A stretch of 64,000 nucleotides of DNA, from contig NW_027191409.1 of assembly GCF_041146345.1 (NCBI RefSeq), positions 744,001-808,000 of the forward strand, read 5' to 3'. The stretch comes from Neodothiora populina (taxonomy: Eukaryota). A program made the position numbers and the translations under genes. Below, piece after piece: positions 52,740 through 64,000 of the stretch; position 1 is the stretch's first letter; the number at the start of each line of letters is the position of its first letter. The notes under the pieces are model-generated. The model searched no databases. It was given only the letters and a program-made list of their open reading frames with translations, and was not told the DNA's origin.

Positions 52740-53971
52740 TCCGAAGAAGGATCATCCGGTGCAAGGACAACCTCGTCACCACACTGCGCGTCCGCAACGT
52801 TCTTGGCAAACTCAGTGATATGCGGCACAGAGACGCCTAGGCGGGTCAAGGTGTCTGCTAGCTCTCTCTGTGAGGAAGACGATGGCGAGGCGGTGGAGTG
52901 GGGTCGAGTAGGATCAGGAACAGAAAGGGAAGGAGAAGAAGAAGAAGAAGAAGGGTCCGAGTCGCCGCGGATACAGATGCCCATGTCTGCTGCTAGGAGA
53001 CATTCGAGGTCTGTGGTTGAGTCGCCTATGTATATCACGTAGGGGCCGGTGGGTGGTGGGTCCAGTGCTGCCGGGTCTGCAGCTGTTGTTGTTGCGGGGC
53101 TTGTAGAAGAAAGAGAGACAGAGTCAAGACGGGCAATACAGTGAGGTGGTAAATGGGCCAATTTATCCGCCGACGTCCTGATTGGGTCTGGAGCTGAAGA
53201 AACAAGGCTCGGGATCTCATTCGCTCTAATCTCCATCTGCGCCACTAAGTCGTCGAGTCGTTGATGCCGCCGCTCCGATGTGGCTTCCTTCGTCTCGGGC
53301 AGAGGATCTCGACTATACTCGTGAGCGATACATGCTCGGAGTGCAGAGCGGATGAAGGTGGCGCTCCAGTTGACGCTCAGAATACTGACGTGGTCGACGA
53401 CGTGGAAGTGTTTACGTGCGGCGGTTTCTTCGTCCTCGGGTGCGCAGAGTCGGAATAGCTCTTCCCATCCTCTACGGAGCTTCACTTCTCCGTTGTCGAC
53501 GACGTGGGATACGGTGCGGCTTACGTCTTGGGTCGAGATATGGTCGAATAAGCCTGAGGCTTGAACACGCTCTGCGCTCGCTTGCTCCATAGTCGCCAAG
53601 GAGGCTAGCCAGTGGCGTTCTGCGTATACTGTGCATCTGTCTGCTGTTTGTGGAAGATAAGTCGAAGAGTGGGTTGTGTAGTCTGACATGTAGGCATCTA
53701 GAAACTCCGACCATGGCGGGACAGACGGCGTTGCTGGATCGTTGTTCTGCTGATGCTGCAGAAGGGAACGGTGACGGTCATAGCCTATCTGACCCACTAG
53801 TGTCGTCGTGTCTTTCTGAGTGAGTGTGCCATCAAAGTCCAGGATCAGATGGATCGGGCGACGGGTGTGCCGATGGAATTGTCTTGTGGTTGACATGGTG
53901 TGACGTTGTGTGAAAATCGGACAGGGTTGCCCTTGAGACAGCCAGCTTTTCAAGGGTCGCAGTGTTTTCAT
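52544..53971 (-). CDS. HAD-superfamily phosphatase (Cto1/thiamine-monophosphate-phosphatase-like)
   Basis: Motif I LILDFDGTLT, motif II ILSVNWS, motif III region ANEI..DK, motif IV YIGDSTTDLECLLAADMGI. An alternative start exists at 53896. Confidence 0.8.
52706..52737. repeat. (TGC)10 trinucleotide microsatellite encoding poly-Ala in the HAD gene
   Basis: Read directly: tgctgctgc...tgctg. Confidence 0.9.
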
Positions 53972-54282
53972 CACCTAATTGATATATATTACGTTACTGG
54001 CTGATGCTTCTCGGGATTACAAATAACAAAGAACGTAAGAACCACTGTCTGGTAGATGTGGTAGTATGCCGAGGAGTGCACAAACACAAAATCACCATTG
54101 TCTCAGTAAAACCTTGAGATACCAAATATGCATTCGGTATCGCATGCCGATCAAGACTAGGGATGGTGCAGAAATATGTCATGTGTGAGCTGTTACCTAC
54201 CTGGACGAATAAGTCTATGATTGCCTGTCTACATTCGTAGATCGCGTCTCAAGGTGTCACTCAAGAATTATTGAGAGAGTGT

Positions 54283-54302
54283 GAGAGAGAGAGAGAGAGA
54301 GA
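54283..54302. repeat. (GA)10 dinucleotide microsatellite in a divergent promoter
   Basis: Read directly from the sequence. Confidence 0.9.
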
Positions 54303-54751
54303 CAGACCCTTGTTCAAAACAGCAACCAGAGGTGTGGTTCGACGTGCTAAGTGTTGGTTACACGCCTGAGATACTGTATACCGTACACTGCAGCGGGATA
54401 TACAAGTACAAGCACAGCAAGGGACATGGGAGCGTCATTGATTCTCCACACATTTTTTCTGCGGGGCGGGGGAGACGAACGATAACAGTACATCGTAAAT
54501 AAATACCCTGGACTTTTTGCATACCGCATACACAATTGATGTAATATTGTTGCATGTTCCTCTGCACTTTGGACATCTGATCTCAATTCTGTTCACATCC
54601 TCCGTAGTCGTGATCCTCTACGCTCCCAACAGCAGCAGCCTTCGTCTATATATATCCTCTCCAAACACTGGCTGTATTTGTTCATCCATTTGATACGTAT
54701 ACATACTGAATATTGCACTTTAATTCCTCGAGTGCGGCAGTAGAGGCAGTC

Positions 54752-56319
54752 ATGGCGCCTGATTTCCAGCCCAAAGTCGATGTCGGCCGACATACAAAGT
54801 ACTTTCTGCGGTGTCTCAAGACGTGGGTTGCGTGTATCTAGCTGTCCTATCGCTGAGTGCTGACGGTATATCGCAGATATCTACCAACGGCTGTAAGAGT
54901 CCTCGACCACGGACTCACACACTTCCTGAGTCCCGTCATATAACCATGAGAAAACAACCAGAGAACAAACACGAAATAGAAACACAAAACTAACATGTCT
55001 CGGATCATCCACAGTACCAATCAAATGACTCCAACCGCATGTCCCTAGCCTTCTTCACCCTCGCCGGCCTCGATCTCCTCGGCACCCTAGACAACAACAT
55101 CAGCGCCGAGCAACGCAGCGACTACATAGCCTGGATCTACGCCTTACAACACCCCTCAGGCGGCTTCCGTGCCTTTCCAGGAACAGACCTAGGACCAGAC
55201 CACACGACGCCCCTAAACGCGCACTGGGACCCGGCCAATCTCCCCGCCACCTACTTCGCTCTGTCATCACTCCTGGTCCTCGGCGACGACCTGCGCAGAG
55301 TAGCGCGAAAGGAGACCCTGGCATGGCTGAAAGCACTGCAGCGCCCCGACGGCAGTTTTGGCGAAACGATAGGACAAGGCGGCACAGTGCACGGCGGCAC
55401 GGATTCGAGATTCGGGTATTGCGCCATGAGCGTGCGCTTCATCCTGCGCGGAAACAGCGAAGAGGGTTCGGAAGCAGAGGGCGTGGCTGATGTAGACCTC
55501 GATGCGTTCGTCGAGTGCATCCGCGCGGCGGAAACATACGATGGCGGGATCAGCGACGCGCCGTTCCATGAGGCTCACGCTGGATTCACGTATTGTACCG
55601 TCGCGGCGCTGAACCTCACCGGGCGATTAGATACTTCCACATCGACATACAATCCACCAGCATCGTCACAAAACCCCTCGAAATCCGTCGCGCCCACGCA
55701 CCCCGCCCGAGTCCTGCACTGGCTCGTCTCGCGACAGACAGCGACCATCTCGCCCGAAGACGAAGACGACACGTACGGCGACGAGACGGACACGCCCGAA
55801 ACCTGCCACGACGCGCACACGTTCGTGCACCAGGAAGTGTTTGTGTCGAAGCGCGGCAAAGAAAGCTTCGAGGGGCGGCCGAGCCACAGTTTCGATGTGG
55901 ACTGGACGGGGTTCAATGGGCGCTGCAACAAGATTGCGGATACTTGCTATGCGTTCTGGGTTGGGGCTTCGTTGAATGTGTGTTTCTTTCCTCTCCTCTT
56001 CTGCATTATATACGTGCAGAAACAAGACTGACACCTACATAACCAGATCATGAACCATTCCTCCCTGACATCAACCACCTCGCTGCGCCGCTACCTGCTC
56101 GAGAAGACCGCGCACAGAACCCTGGGCGGCTTCGGCAAACTCGCCGGCGACCTGCCTGATATCTACCACAGCTGTCTCGGGCTGGCCGCGTTGAGTCTCA
56201 CTGGCGATGAAGACCTGAAAGCGTTGGATGCCAGTTTATGTATCAGTCAGGAGGCCAGGGGCAGACTCGATGCGATTTGGGCGAGATGGGGGCGAGCTTC
56301 TTGCGATAGCCGAAGCTAG
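54752..56319 (+). CDS. CDC43: Geranylgeranyltransferase type I beta subunit
   Basis: Exons 54752-54822, 54877-54892, 55015-55977 and 56047-56319. Motifs RHTKYFLRCLKTYLP..SNDSNRMSLAFF, EAHAGFTYC, GFNGRCNKIADTCYAFW and PDIYHSCLGLAAL. Confidence 0.93.
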
Positions 56320-56410
56320 CTAGCAACAGCAGCGAGATAGGAACTGGCTGAACGCCGTCTCTTTCGCTTGTTGCAGGGAACAACAAAGAGAAGAGAAAAA
56401 AGACAGCTCA

Positions 56411-58057
56411 TCACACCTGCCCCCAATGAAACCTCTCCGTCCCAGTCCACCTCGTCCACGCGTACGTGCCAGCCCACACGACCGAGTCGATCGTGAACTG
56501 CATCCCCACGCACAACCCTATTTTACTCACGTATCCACTCGTCAGCGCCCAGTCTACACTCCCCGCTGCTCCTCCGGATGCCCCATCACCCGACGAGACC
56601 AGTGGCCTCGCAGCACGGCCAAAGGGACCCTGACCCGGTGAGTAAAACCTCGGCGGAGACGAAGAAGGCAAGCGCCCTCGGAGTGTGCTTCTCACGGCAC
56701 CCGGAGCCGCTGCGAAAGACGATGCGAGCGCCCGCAGGAAGAGAGACTCGAGAGGAAGGAAAAGGAGCTGGTCGAGCAGACTGTCGAGATTGAAAGCGAG
56801 GAAGTGAGAGGGGAGTGTCGCGAGACTAGTGGTACGATGTGTGCGGGTCGGAGTATTGCTGTTGTCGTCGTTGGTGGGCAGGATTCTGTTTCGGTTCTGG
56901 AGTGGCGGAGCAGGATATGATAATCGAGATGATGGTGACGAGAACGAGGGACCGAATATGTGGCCGTCTTCGTTGTCGTCGTCTTCTTCTTCTTCGTTGG
57001 TTTCTTTTGGCTTGACCGATGACCAGCCGACTGTGTAGAGCACCCGATCTCTGAGCCTGGTCAGCGGCAACAAATATGACGGCGGACTTTTCAATGGCCA
57101 TTCGTCAAAATCGGCTGGTCTGCGGACTTGATCTCCAGGTCCCGTGATGAGTTTGTCTGGACACAGCGGCAAGGCACCGTAGCCGAGAGAAATGGTCTGA
57201 GAGAATATGTTCGAGCACGCCCACAGCGAGGCTGGCGAGAGTAGGACAGACAGAAGCCTCGACCCCAAAGGAGCAGGATCGGCTCGCTCAAGCCACGCCC
57301 ATCGGAGAGCCGATGTTGGGCTCCACGGTAGAAGGGAGATCAAGGGCGTTGATGACACAAATCCCAATTGCTGCAGCGCTGCCGAGACGGCCAACGGCGA
57401 TAGAAAGATCTGAGCGGCAATGAGAAGGCCAGAGTTCAGTCGATCTATCCAGCGTAGCATTCTCTGTCGACCAGGCCGCCGAAATCGTAGATGGAATGGG
57501 AGCTCGCATAATTTCATATGGGCCTCTTCTAGCGCGTATTCAAATATTATGGCCAGCAACTGACCGCCAAGCTCGGGTAATGCGCCGACCATCAGATAGG
57601 CACATGCTCTGCGAAAGCCACTCGATGTAAAAGTGCGCCATTCTGACCTCAAAAGCAGTGAGAATGGCAGCCTACTGTCTATGACCCCAGCCTGGTCATG
57701 TCGTTAGTGAAGACTCCACCAGCGAGAGCTTGATACACATACTTGTATGCGTCTTCGCAAGGCAATGAGCCAGAACGAACTAGCATGGCGGATGCACTCA
57801 GAGATGATGCGAGCGGTTTCACCAAGATTGTTCTCCGATTCTCGAATCACTTTCCATTCCTCGTCTGAGAGGCTCACTGTACCACTGGTTCCACGGGCTT
57901 CTTTATTTTTCTTCTCACAGACACCGACAGCGGCCAGCACTTCGTTCTTGGCCGCGATCTGGGCTTCTGCCCTGTGTTTGGCATCCTCGTTGATAGGATT
58001 ACCTTTGATGTCATGACGTTGAGAATAGAAGTTCTCTTCGTTTTCGTCTGCTGTCAT
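56411..58057 (-). CDS. Hypothetical protein with hydrophobic segments
   Basis: Exons 58057-57743 and 57691-56411; intron 57692-57742 (GTATGT...CTAAC...CAG) joins the 117-aa and 413-aa ORFs in frame. Confidence 0.75.
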
Positions 58058-58754
58058 GTCCTGCTGCTCATTGTCTGACGGTGCGGCAGGTATTGGCTCG
58101 TAAGCAGATCGCCCCTGTTGGCAATCAGGGATATGCTACAATTGTAGAAGTATGAAATAGGGGATGCATCGTTTTGCAGGAAAGCGGACAAGCAGACAAA
58201 TGAAGAGACAGTGATCTGAACACGAGACGGTGTTAACAACTTACAAGAGCTAGCTTTGTGAGGTAAGCTTGTCCACCCATAATGATAGAATCACAAGATA
58301 GTAGATATACAAAGTTAGGCAGTCAAGGGTGAACTATGGACCTTCCATCGAGTGCTAGTTCAGATCCAGAGACCATCGTCTCAGCAGGATCTTGCAGACA
58401 TCGTCAACGACATCCACAGCTCGAGATATGAGGAAAAACAAAGTGGATCGACTACCAGACGACAACCAGGCCTACCTTGAGACGTGCAACAACAAGATAC
58501 CATCGTGTATTCAGAGACAATTCGGCTGGCAAGTAGAAGCGGATGGCGGAAGTTGTGTCGCCGAAAAGCCCGACAGAAAAACTCTTGGCGAAGTTTATCC
58601 AAAAAATCCCAGGGCCAAGACCGATTTTTTATAGCAGAAGAAGAAGCATCGGCGCGCAGCATTCACTCAGTGTTCAGAAAGACTTCCCTTTTCCTACCCG
58701 CCCATCGCCCCCGATACTGAACGGGTAGAAGAAGAGAAGGAATCAAGCCAGACA

Positions 58755-60500
58755 ATGTCGAGCTTCTTTACCAAGCCGGCGTCTCTGAAAAGAAAGAGGA
58801 ACGATGGCCTAGGCGCACCTCGACCGGCGGCAAGACGACAGGCAAACAAGCAAGACGACAACGGCAGTCGCCCACAGAAGAGGAGAGAAGCCCGCGATGA
58901 TGACTCTGTGTCTTCCGGTAGCTCAGACGATGAGGCCGCAGGGCTAGAGGACGAGGCTGGCAGTTCGTCCTCGGAGTCAGAGGCCGACGAAGATGCAGCT
59001 GGCAAACGCACAAGACTCGCCGAGAGATACCTCCAGAACACCCGAGCAGAGATCTTAGCCGAAGGCTTCGATGCAAAGGACATTGATGCCGAACTCCTCG
59101 CTGAGCGCATGGGCGAGAGACTGAAGGAGGACACCGCCGAGTCAAAGGGAAAAATACACAGATGGATTGCAAACGACTACGACTGGAGAAGCGCCGAACA
59201 CACGCAGTTCCGGTCCGACACACTCGCGACGACTGGAGTCGCATGTTGCCCTCCCTTTGTATACACCGTCTCCAAAGACATGATCTTGACCAAGTGGGAG
59301 CTACCACCCAAGCAAGAGACATCAACGAGCAAGAGCCAGCAGAGAGTGAAGCCGAAAAGAGTGGCCTTTGCCAAGGGCAATGGCAAGAAATCTGACGACT
59401 GGGACTACAAATACCACACTGGCGCGATCCTATGCGTAGCTGCCTCTATGGACGGCAAATTCGTAGCCACCGGAGGCGAAGACAAAAAACTCATTGTATG
59501 GGATGCCGAGACTCTGAAACCCCTCAAGGTCTTTACACACCATCGGGATTCTGTCACATCGCTTGCTTTCCGCCGTTATACAAATCAGCTCTACTCCGCC
59601 AGCAAGGACCGCACCATCAAGACATGGAGCTTGGACGAACTGGCCTACGTGGAGACGCTTTTCGGTCACCAGGACGAGGTGGTGGATGTCGCAGCGTTGA
59701 ACGAGGAGAAGTGCGTGACGGTCGGTGCGAGAGACAGGACAGCAAGATACTGGCGCATTGTGGAGGAGAGCCAACTCGTCTTTCGTGGCGGCGGCAACAC
59801 CAACAGTGCCTCGGCAAGGAGAAAAAGAGGCGAGGATGGCTCTACGACAGAAATCAAGTCATACAACGAAGGATGCATTGACCGAGTCGCCATGGTCGAC
59901 GAAGAGACTTTCGTCACCGGATCAGATAACGGCACCATCTCATTGTGGAACATCCAGAAGAAAAAGGCAGTCTTCAACCTACCATTGGCACATGGCCTGG
60001 ATCCACCACCTAGGCCCGAAGACGTGAGCGCCGAAGCCGACCCCGAGAACGACGTCAGCGTCTTCCGGGAGGAGCAACCCCGATGGATCACCGCACTTGA
60101 AACCATTCCCTTCACCAACATCATGATCAGTGGCAGCTGGGACGGTCAAGTGCGAGCATGGAAGATCAGCGAGGACAAACGAAGGATCGAGCCCTTGGGT
60201 CCCGTCGGCTGCAAGATGCAGAAAGTCACAAAATTCACCGACAACGACGACGGAGAAGTCATCGGCGCGGAGGCAGACGAGACATTGCTCGAGAGCCCGA
60301 CAGTGCGCGGCGTGATAAACGACCTCGCCGTCTTCGAGCGTGGCGACAGGGGTCAAGATGGGATCAGCATCGTCGCCGCCATCGGCAAGGAACACCGCCT
60401 GGGACGGTGGTACAACTTGCCTGGAAAGAACTACTCGATGCTGTTCAAGATCTCCAAACAAGCTGTCAACGGCACGCTGGAGAACGGCCACACAGAGTAG
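58755..60500 (+). CDS. RRP9: U3 snoRNP WD40 protein Rrp9 (U3-55K)
   Basis: MSSFFT start, acidic N-terminus, RTRLAERYL, WD repeats including LYSASKDRTIKTWSLDELAYVETLFGHQD, and C-terminal GKEHRLGRW. Confidence 0.95.
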   Translation: MSSFFTKPASLKRKRNDGLGAPRPAARRQANKQDDNGSRPQKRREARDDDSVSSGSSDDEAAGLEDEAGSSSSESEADEDAAGKRTRLAERYLQNTRAEILAEGFDAKDIDAELLAERMGERLKEDTAESKGKIHRWIANDYDWRSAEHTQFRSDTLATTGVACCPPFVYTVSKDMILTKWELPPKQETSTSKSQQRVKPKRVAFAKGNGKKSDDWDYKYHTGAILCVAASMDGKFVATGGEDKKLIVWDAETLKPLKVFTHHRDSVTSLAFRRYTNQLYSASKDRTIKTWSLDELAYVETLFGHQDEVVDVAALNEEKCVTVGARDRTARYWRIVEESQLVFRGGGNTNSASARRKRGEDGSTTEIKSYNEGCIDRVAMVDEETFVTGSDNGTISLWNIQKKKAVFNLPLAHGLDPPPRPEDVSAEADPENDVSVFREEQPRWITALETIPFTNIMISGSWDGQVRAWKISEDKRRIEPLGPVGCKMQKVTKFTDNDDGEVIGAEADETLLESPTVRGVINDLAVFERGDRGQDGISIVAAIGKEHRLGRWYNLPGKNYSMLFKISKQAVNGTLENGHTE

Positions 60501-61740
60501 TCGTCTGAAGAAAGCGCATATGGTGGAAAAAAGCAGGGGTTAGATTCATTAGCGACTCGAGCGAGCTATATACTTCTTTATACATTATGCATATACCCGC
60601 GCCCGCAACGAGTGCGCAAAATACGCAACATCAAGCACACCATCCTTTTGACTTAATAGTGTTGCTCGACCAGTCCAGACACACCATTGGTGTTTTGGCA
60701 GCGTTGGAATGACATGACAAAAGTAACCCGTGTGTAGACATAATGACCATACGAAGTGACCTTCCAGCAAATACTTGGTTTACCGAAACAACGCAGCACA
60801 GGTACGTAAAGAATTCGCGTTGACAAGCCGAGAATTTTTTTTGTTTTAGTGGACCGAGCAAGGGCCTTGTGCGAGGTCTGCACCTTGAGCATTGAACACT
60901 GGAAAATCGGCAAGCCTCTGGGCTCTAACTTCCATGTACTCAAAAGATCAAGCAAAAGGGAGTCACACACAATCTTACAATTATAATATTATTTGATTCT
61001 ACAACAACCCCAAATCTAAGGGTTCATGAAGAATCATAAAAAAAAGTCAAGGAATGTACTCCCTTCTCGGACACCTCCCCCTCATCGCCATCAATTAAGA
61101 CGACCCATCGAGAGGCAGGCTTCCTAAATCCAGGAGAAAAGTCTGTTCTGGGGACCCACGCCACCCGTAGGTGACTGGCAACAGATGCAGTAGAAGAAGT
61201 TTATCAATTTCAATCTCTTGTTTCTACAAGATGCGCGAACATCATGTAGAAGCGAAAAGACCGAGGGAAAGAAAAGCGACTGTCGTGGCAGGGTCCCGGA
61301 GTTTTGATCGAAGAAATCAAAGAGGATGGAAAGGAAGACGAAGCTTTTATGTGGTCGCTGGGAGGAGCGTGCACGCAAGTAGTTTGCTCTGTTTGCAGAA
61401 TGCTGGGTCTGATTATATGTGTCAAGACACGACTTGCATTTTGCTGAGGTGCGGGCGAGAGCGGGCGGAGGCTCGATGAACCCTGGGGGATTTAGTGGCC
61501 GGCGATAAGATAGCTGACCTTTGCCTCCATAGAAGTGGTCGGTCGGAGGCGTCCGTACCTCAGGTAGGGAATTGGTTTCTTTTGATCGATACTCTTTGTG
61601 TGATTCCTTTTCTGATTTGACATCCTGTCTGTTCCTTATGGGCCAGCATACTCGTTGGAATCATGTTCGGTGGTGCCTGGTTCCAGACGGGGTCGGGTGA
61701 AGTAAAGAAGACTGTAGAAATAGAATCAAACACAGAGACC

Positions 61741-64000
61741 ATGCTCGATAAGAACGAGGAGCATGATGATATGCAATACAACGCCTACATTGAGCAGATG
61801 AGGGAGACAGAGTATCCGATGCTGAAAGAAACTACATATCTGGATCATGCCGGAACTACGCTTCCCAGCAAGTCGCTCATCGATCGATTTTCTGCCAACA
61901 TGATGGGCAATCTCTATGGCAATCCGCACTCTGCATCTCAGTCCTCACAGCGGTCCACGGAGTTGGTCGACGACACAAGGCTACGGCTTTTGAAGTTTCT
62001 CGGAGCGGATCCGGATGACTTTGATGTCGTTTTCGTAGCCAATGCTACTGCTGGCATTAAGCTTGTAGCGGATGCTCTGAGAGAACATGAAGATGGTTTC
62101 TGGTACGGCTACCACAGAGACGCACATACCAGCCTGGTCGGAGCCAGAGAGCTCGCGAGGGAACATGTTTGTTTCGAGAACGACCAGGAAGTCAATGCTT
62201 GGCTTGAGAAGGGATCTTCAAGTACGAATGCATCCATTGGACTTTTTGCCTTTCCTGCCCAGTCAAACCTGAACGGCCGAAGGTTGCCATTGGACTGGTG
62301 TAGACGAACCAGGCAAAAGGATGGACAGGGGCGTATCTTGCTAACTTTGTTGGACGCGGCCGCTCATGTCTCGACTTCACCTCTGGATCTCTCTAGTGCA
62401 GCAGACGCCCCTGATTTTACAGTGTTGAGTCTGTACAAGATATTCGGCTTTCCCGATCTGGGCGCTCTCATCATCCGTAAAGATGCTGGCTGGGCATTGC
62501 AGAAACGGAGGTATTTTGGTGGTGGGACTGTGGACATGGTTGTCAGCTTGAAAGAGCAATGGCACGAGAGAAAGTCTGGATCGCTACACGAGCAGCTCGA
62601 AGACGGAACTCTACCGATACACAGCATTCTTGCGCTGAGATCTGCTTTTGAAGTTCACAAGGAACTGTATGGTACACTGGAAAAAGTCTCACGACACACG
62701 GCCTTTCTCGCCGAAAAGCTCTACGATTCACTTAGATCACTCGAACACGGAAACGATGCACCGGTGTGCACAATATACAAAGCATCAACCTCTGACTACA
62801 ACGACAGAAAGACACAGGGCCCAGTGTTAGCATTCAACCTCCGCCACAGTAAGGGAGCATGGGTCAGCAACACCGAAGTAGAGAAACTCGCGTTTGTCAA
62901 AAGCCTCAATCTCAGGACCGGCAGTCTCTGTAATCCAGGAGGTACAGCGCATTCACTCGGTCTGGCACCGTGGGAGATGAGACAGAACTTCTCTGCTGGC
63001 CAGAGATGTGGTTCAGAGAATGATATCATGGGCGGCAAACCAACGGGTATAATCCGAGCCAGTCTCGGAGCAATGAGCACACTGAAAGACGTCCAAGTGC
63101 TCGTGGATTTCATAAAGGAATTTTTCGTCGACTCGTCGTGTGAGCGACGACGCTCTGCGCCTTCACCAGAGCTCGTGATTGACGCCACGACTTCACAAAT
63201 GTACATTGAGAGCATGAGCGTGTATCCCATCAAAAGCTGCGCCGGATGGCAGATCCCACACGACACGCCGTGGGAAGTCAAACCCGAGGGACTAGCGTGG
63301 GACCGCGAGTGGTGCATTGTACACCAAAGCACCGGCATGGCATTGAGCCAGAAGAAGTACCCTCGAATGGCCCTCATCCGCCCAAGTCTAGACTTCAAAG
63401 CCGGCGTTTTGCGAATCGACACTGTGGCCCACGTGGCCGACGGCAAGCCACGATATATCACAGTGCCACTATCAGCCGACCCACGGGTCTTCGCCACAGA
63501 CGACCACCGCAAGATCCAACGAACGATAGTGTGCGGCGACAACATCGACGCGCGAGCCTACACGTCATCAGAAACCGCCGAGTTCCTAAGCAGCATCATA
63601 GGGGTGTCGTGCCAACTAGCTCGGTTCCCAGCAACACTCCCAGGATGTTCATCCCTACGACACGCAAAAGCGCACCTCGGAGCAAACAACAAACGCCGCA
63701 CGCCCTCGCCCCTCGACAAGTTGGTGCCAACCCCGCTTACCTTCTCCAACGAATCCCCGATCCTGACAATCTCGCGCTCGAGTCTAAACCGATTAAACGA
63801 GCACATCAAGAGCGCAAGCGGCAAGACGGCGTCGCCGGACGTCTTTCGCGCAAACATCATCCTCGCAGAGTCGTTCACCGGTCTGCCCGAGCAGCCGTAC
63901 GCGGAGGATCACTGGACAGGGATGCGTGTGACCAGCAGCAGCAACAGCAGCAGCACACCACCACCCGAAAGCGAAAGACTAACAGGAAAACAAGAAGGAA
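61741..64000 (+). CDS. hxB: Molybdenum cofactor sulfurase (NifS-like PLP domain plus MOSC); 3' end runs off the window
   Basis: Open frame from 61741 with YLDHAGTT, LYGNPHS, FPAQSNLNG, PLP-lysine SLYKIFGFPDLGAL, LRTGSLCNPGG, MOSC_N YPIKSC..WDREW and FRANII. Confidence 0.95.
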   Translation, partial: MLDKNEEHDDMQYNAYIEQMRETEYPMLKETTYLDHAGTTLPSKSLIDRFSANMMGNLYGNPHSASQSSQRSTELVDDTRLRLLKFLGADPDDFDVVFVANATAGIKLVADALREHEDGFWYGYHRDAHTSLVGARELAREHVCFENDQEVNAWLEKGSSSTNASIGLFAFPAQSNLNGRRLPLDWCRRTRQKDGQGRILLTLLDAAAHVSTSPLDLSSAADAPDFTVLSLYKIFGFPDLGALIIRKDAGWALQKRRYFGGGTVDMVVSLKEQWHERKSGSLHEQLEDGTLPIHSILALRSAFEVHKELYGTLEKVSRHTAFLAEKLYDSLRSLEHGNDAPVCTIYKASTSDYNDRKTQGPVLAFNLRHSKGAWVSNTEVEKLAFVKSLNLRTGSLCNPGGTAHSLGLAPWEMRQNFSAGQRCGSENDIMGGKPTGIIRASLGAMSTLKDVQVLVDFIKEFFVDSSCERRRSAPSPELVIDATTSQMYIESMSVYPIKSCAGWQIPHDTPWEVKPEGLAWDREWCIVHQSTGMALSQKKYPRMALIRPSLDFKAGVLRIDTVAHVADGKPRYITVPLSADPRVFATDDHRKIQRTIVCGDNIDARAYTSSETAEFLSSIIGVSCQLARFPATLPGCSSLRHAKAHLGANNKRRTPSPLDKLVPTPLTFSNESPILTISRSSLNRLNEHIKSASGKTASPDVFRANIILAESFTGLPEQPYAEDHWTGMRVTSSSNSSSTPPPESERLTGKQEG

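Noticed and set aside
53975..54420. Possible TPP riboswitch upstream of the thiamine-phosphatase-like gene
   Set aside because: CTGAGA, ATACC and CTTGATC fragments occur in the wrong order on the minus strand. The plus-strand CTGAGATACTGTATACCG lacks the downstream TGAT/TAAT/GCG half of the aptamer.

Overview
Eukaryotic, intron-containing, gene-dense genomic DNA from a filamentous ascomycete (Pezizomycotina; a dothideomycete is my unverified guess). I reconstructed about 24 protein-coding genes by hand-splicing GT/GC-AG introns of roughly 47-120 nt with CTRAY branch sites. In order: STT4 PI4-kinase (3' end truncated), condensin BRN1, meiotic AAA+ PCH2, a cytochrome P450 divergent from a GliK-like gamma-glutamylcyclotransferase, a Ser/Thr-rich secreted protein, a 3-dehydroshikimate dehydratase divergent from a Phe-type DAHP synthase (ARO3), a transcription-factor-like protein without a Zn cluster, a small membrane protein, a GAF hybrid histidine kinase, a DEK-C/SWIB protein, eIF3b, a Nup53-like nucleoporin, an RWD/DUF1115 protein, NIMA kinase, an ankyrin-BTB protein, a CorA-like protein, an RRxS-rich unknown, a HAD phosphatase, GGTase-I beta, an unknown, RRP9, and Moco sulfurase hxB (truncated). 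I found no tRNA, rRNA, transposon or CRISPR. The best candidate for an undescribed system is the 11-22.5 kb block. At its centre, DAHP synthase and DHS dehydratase sit head-to-head across a promoter with a Gcn4/CpcA site, which suggests a biosynthetic shikimate-to-protocatechuate shunt. All product calls come from motif recognition, not database searches.
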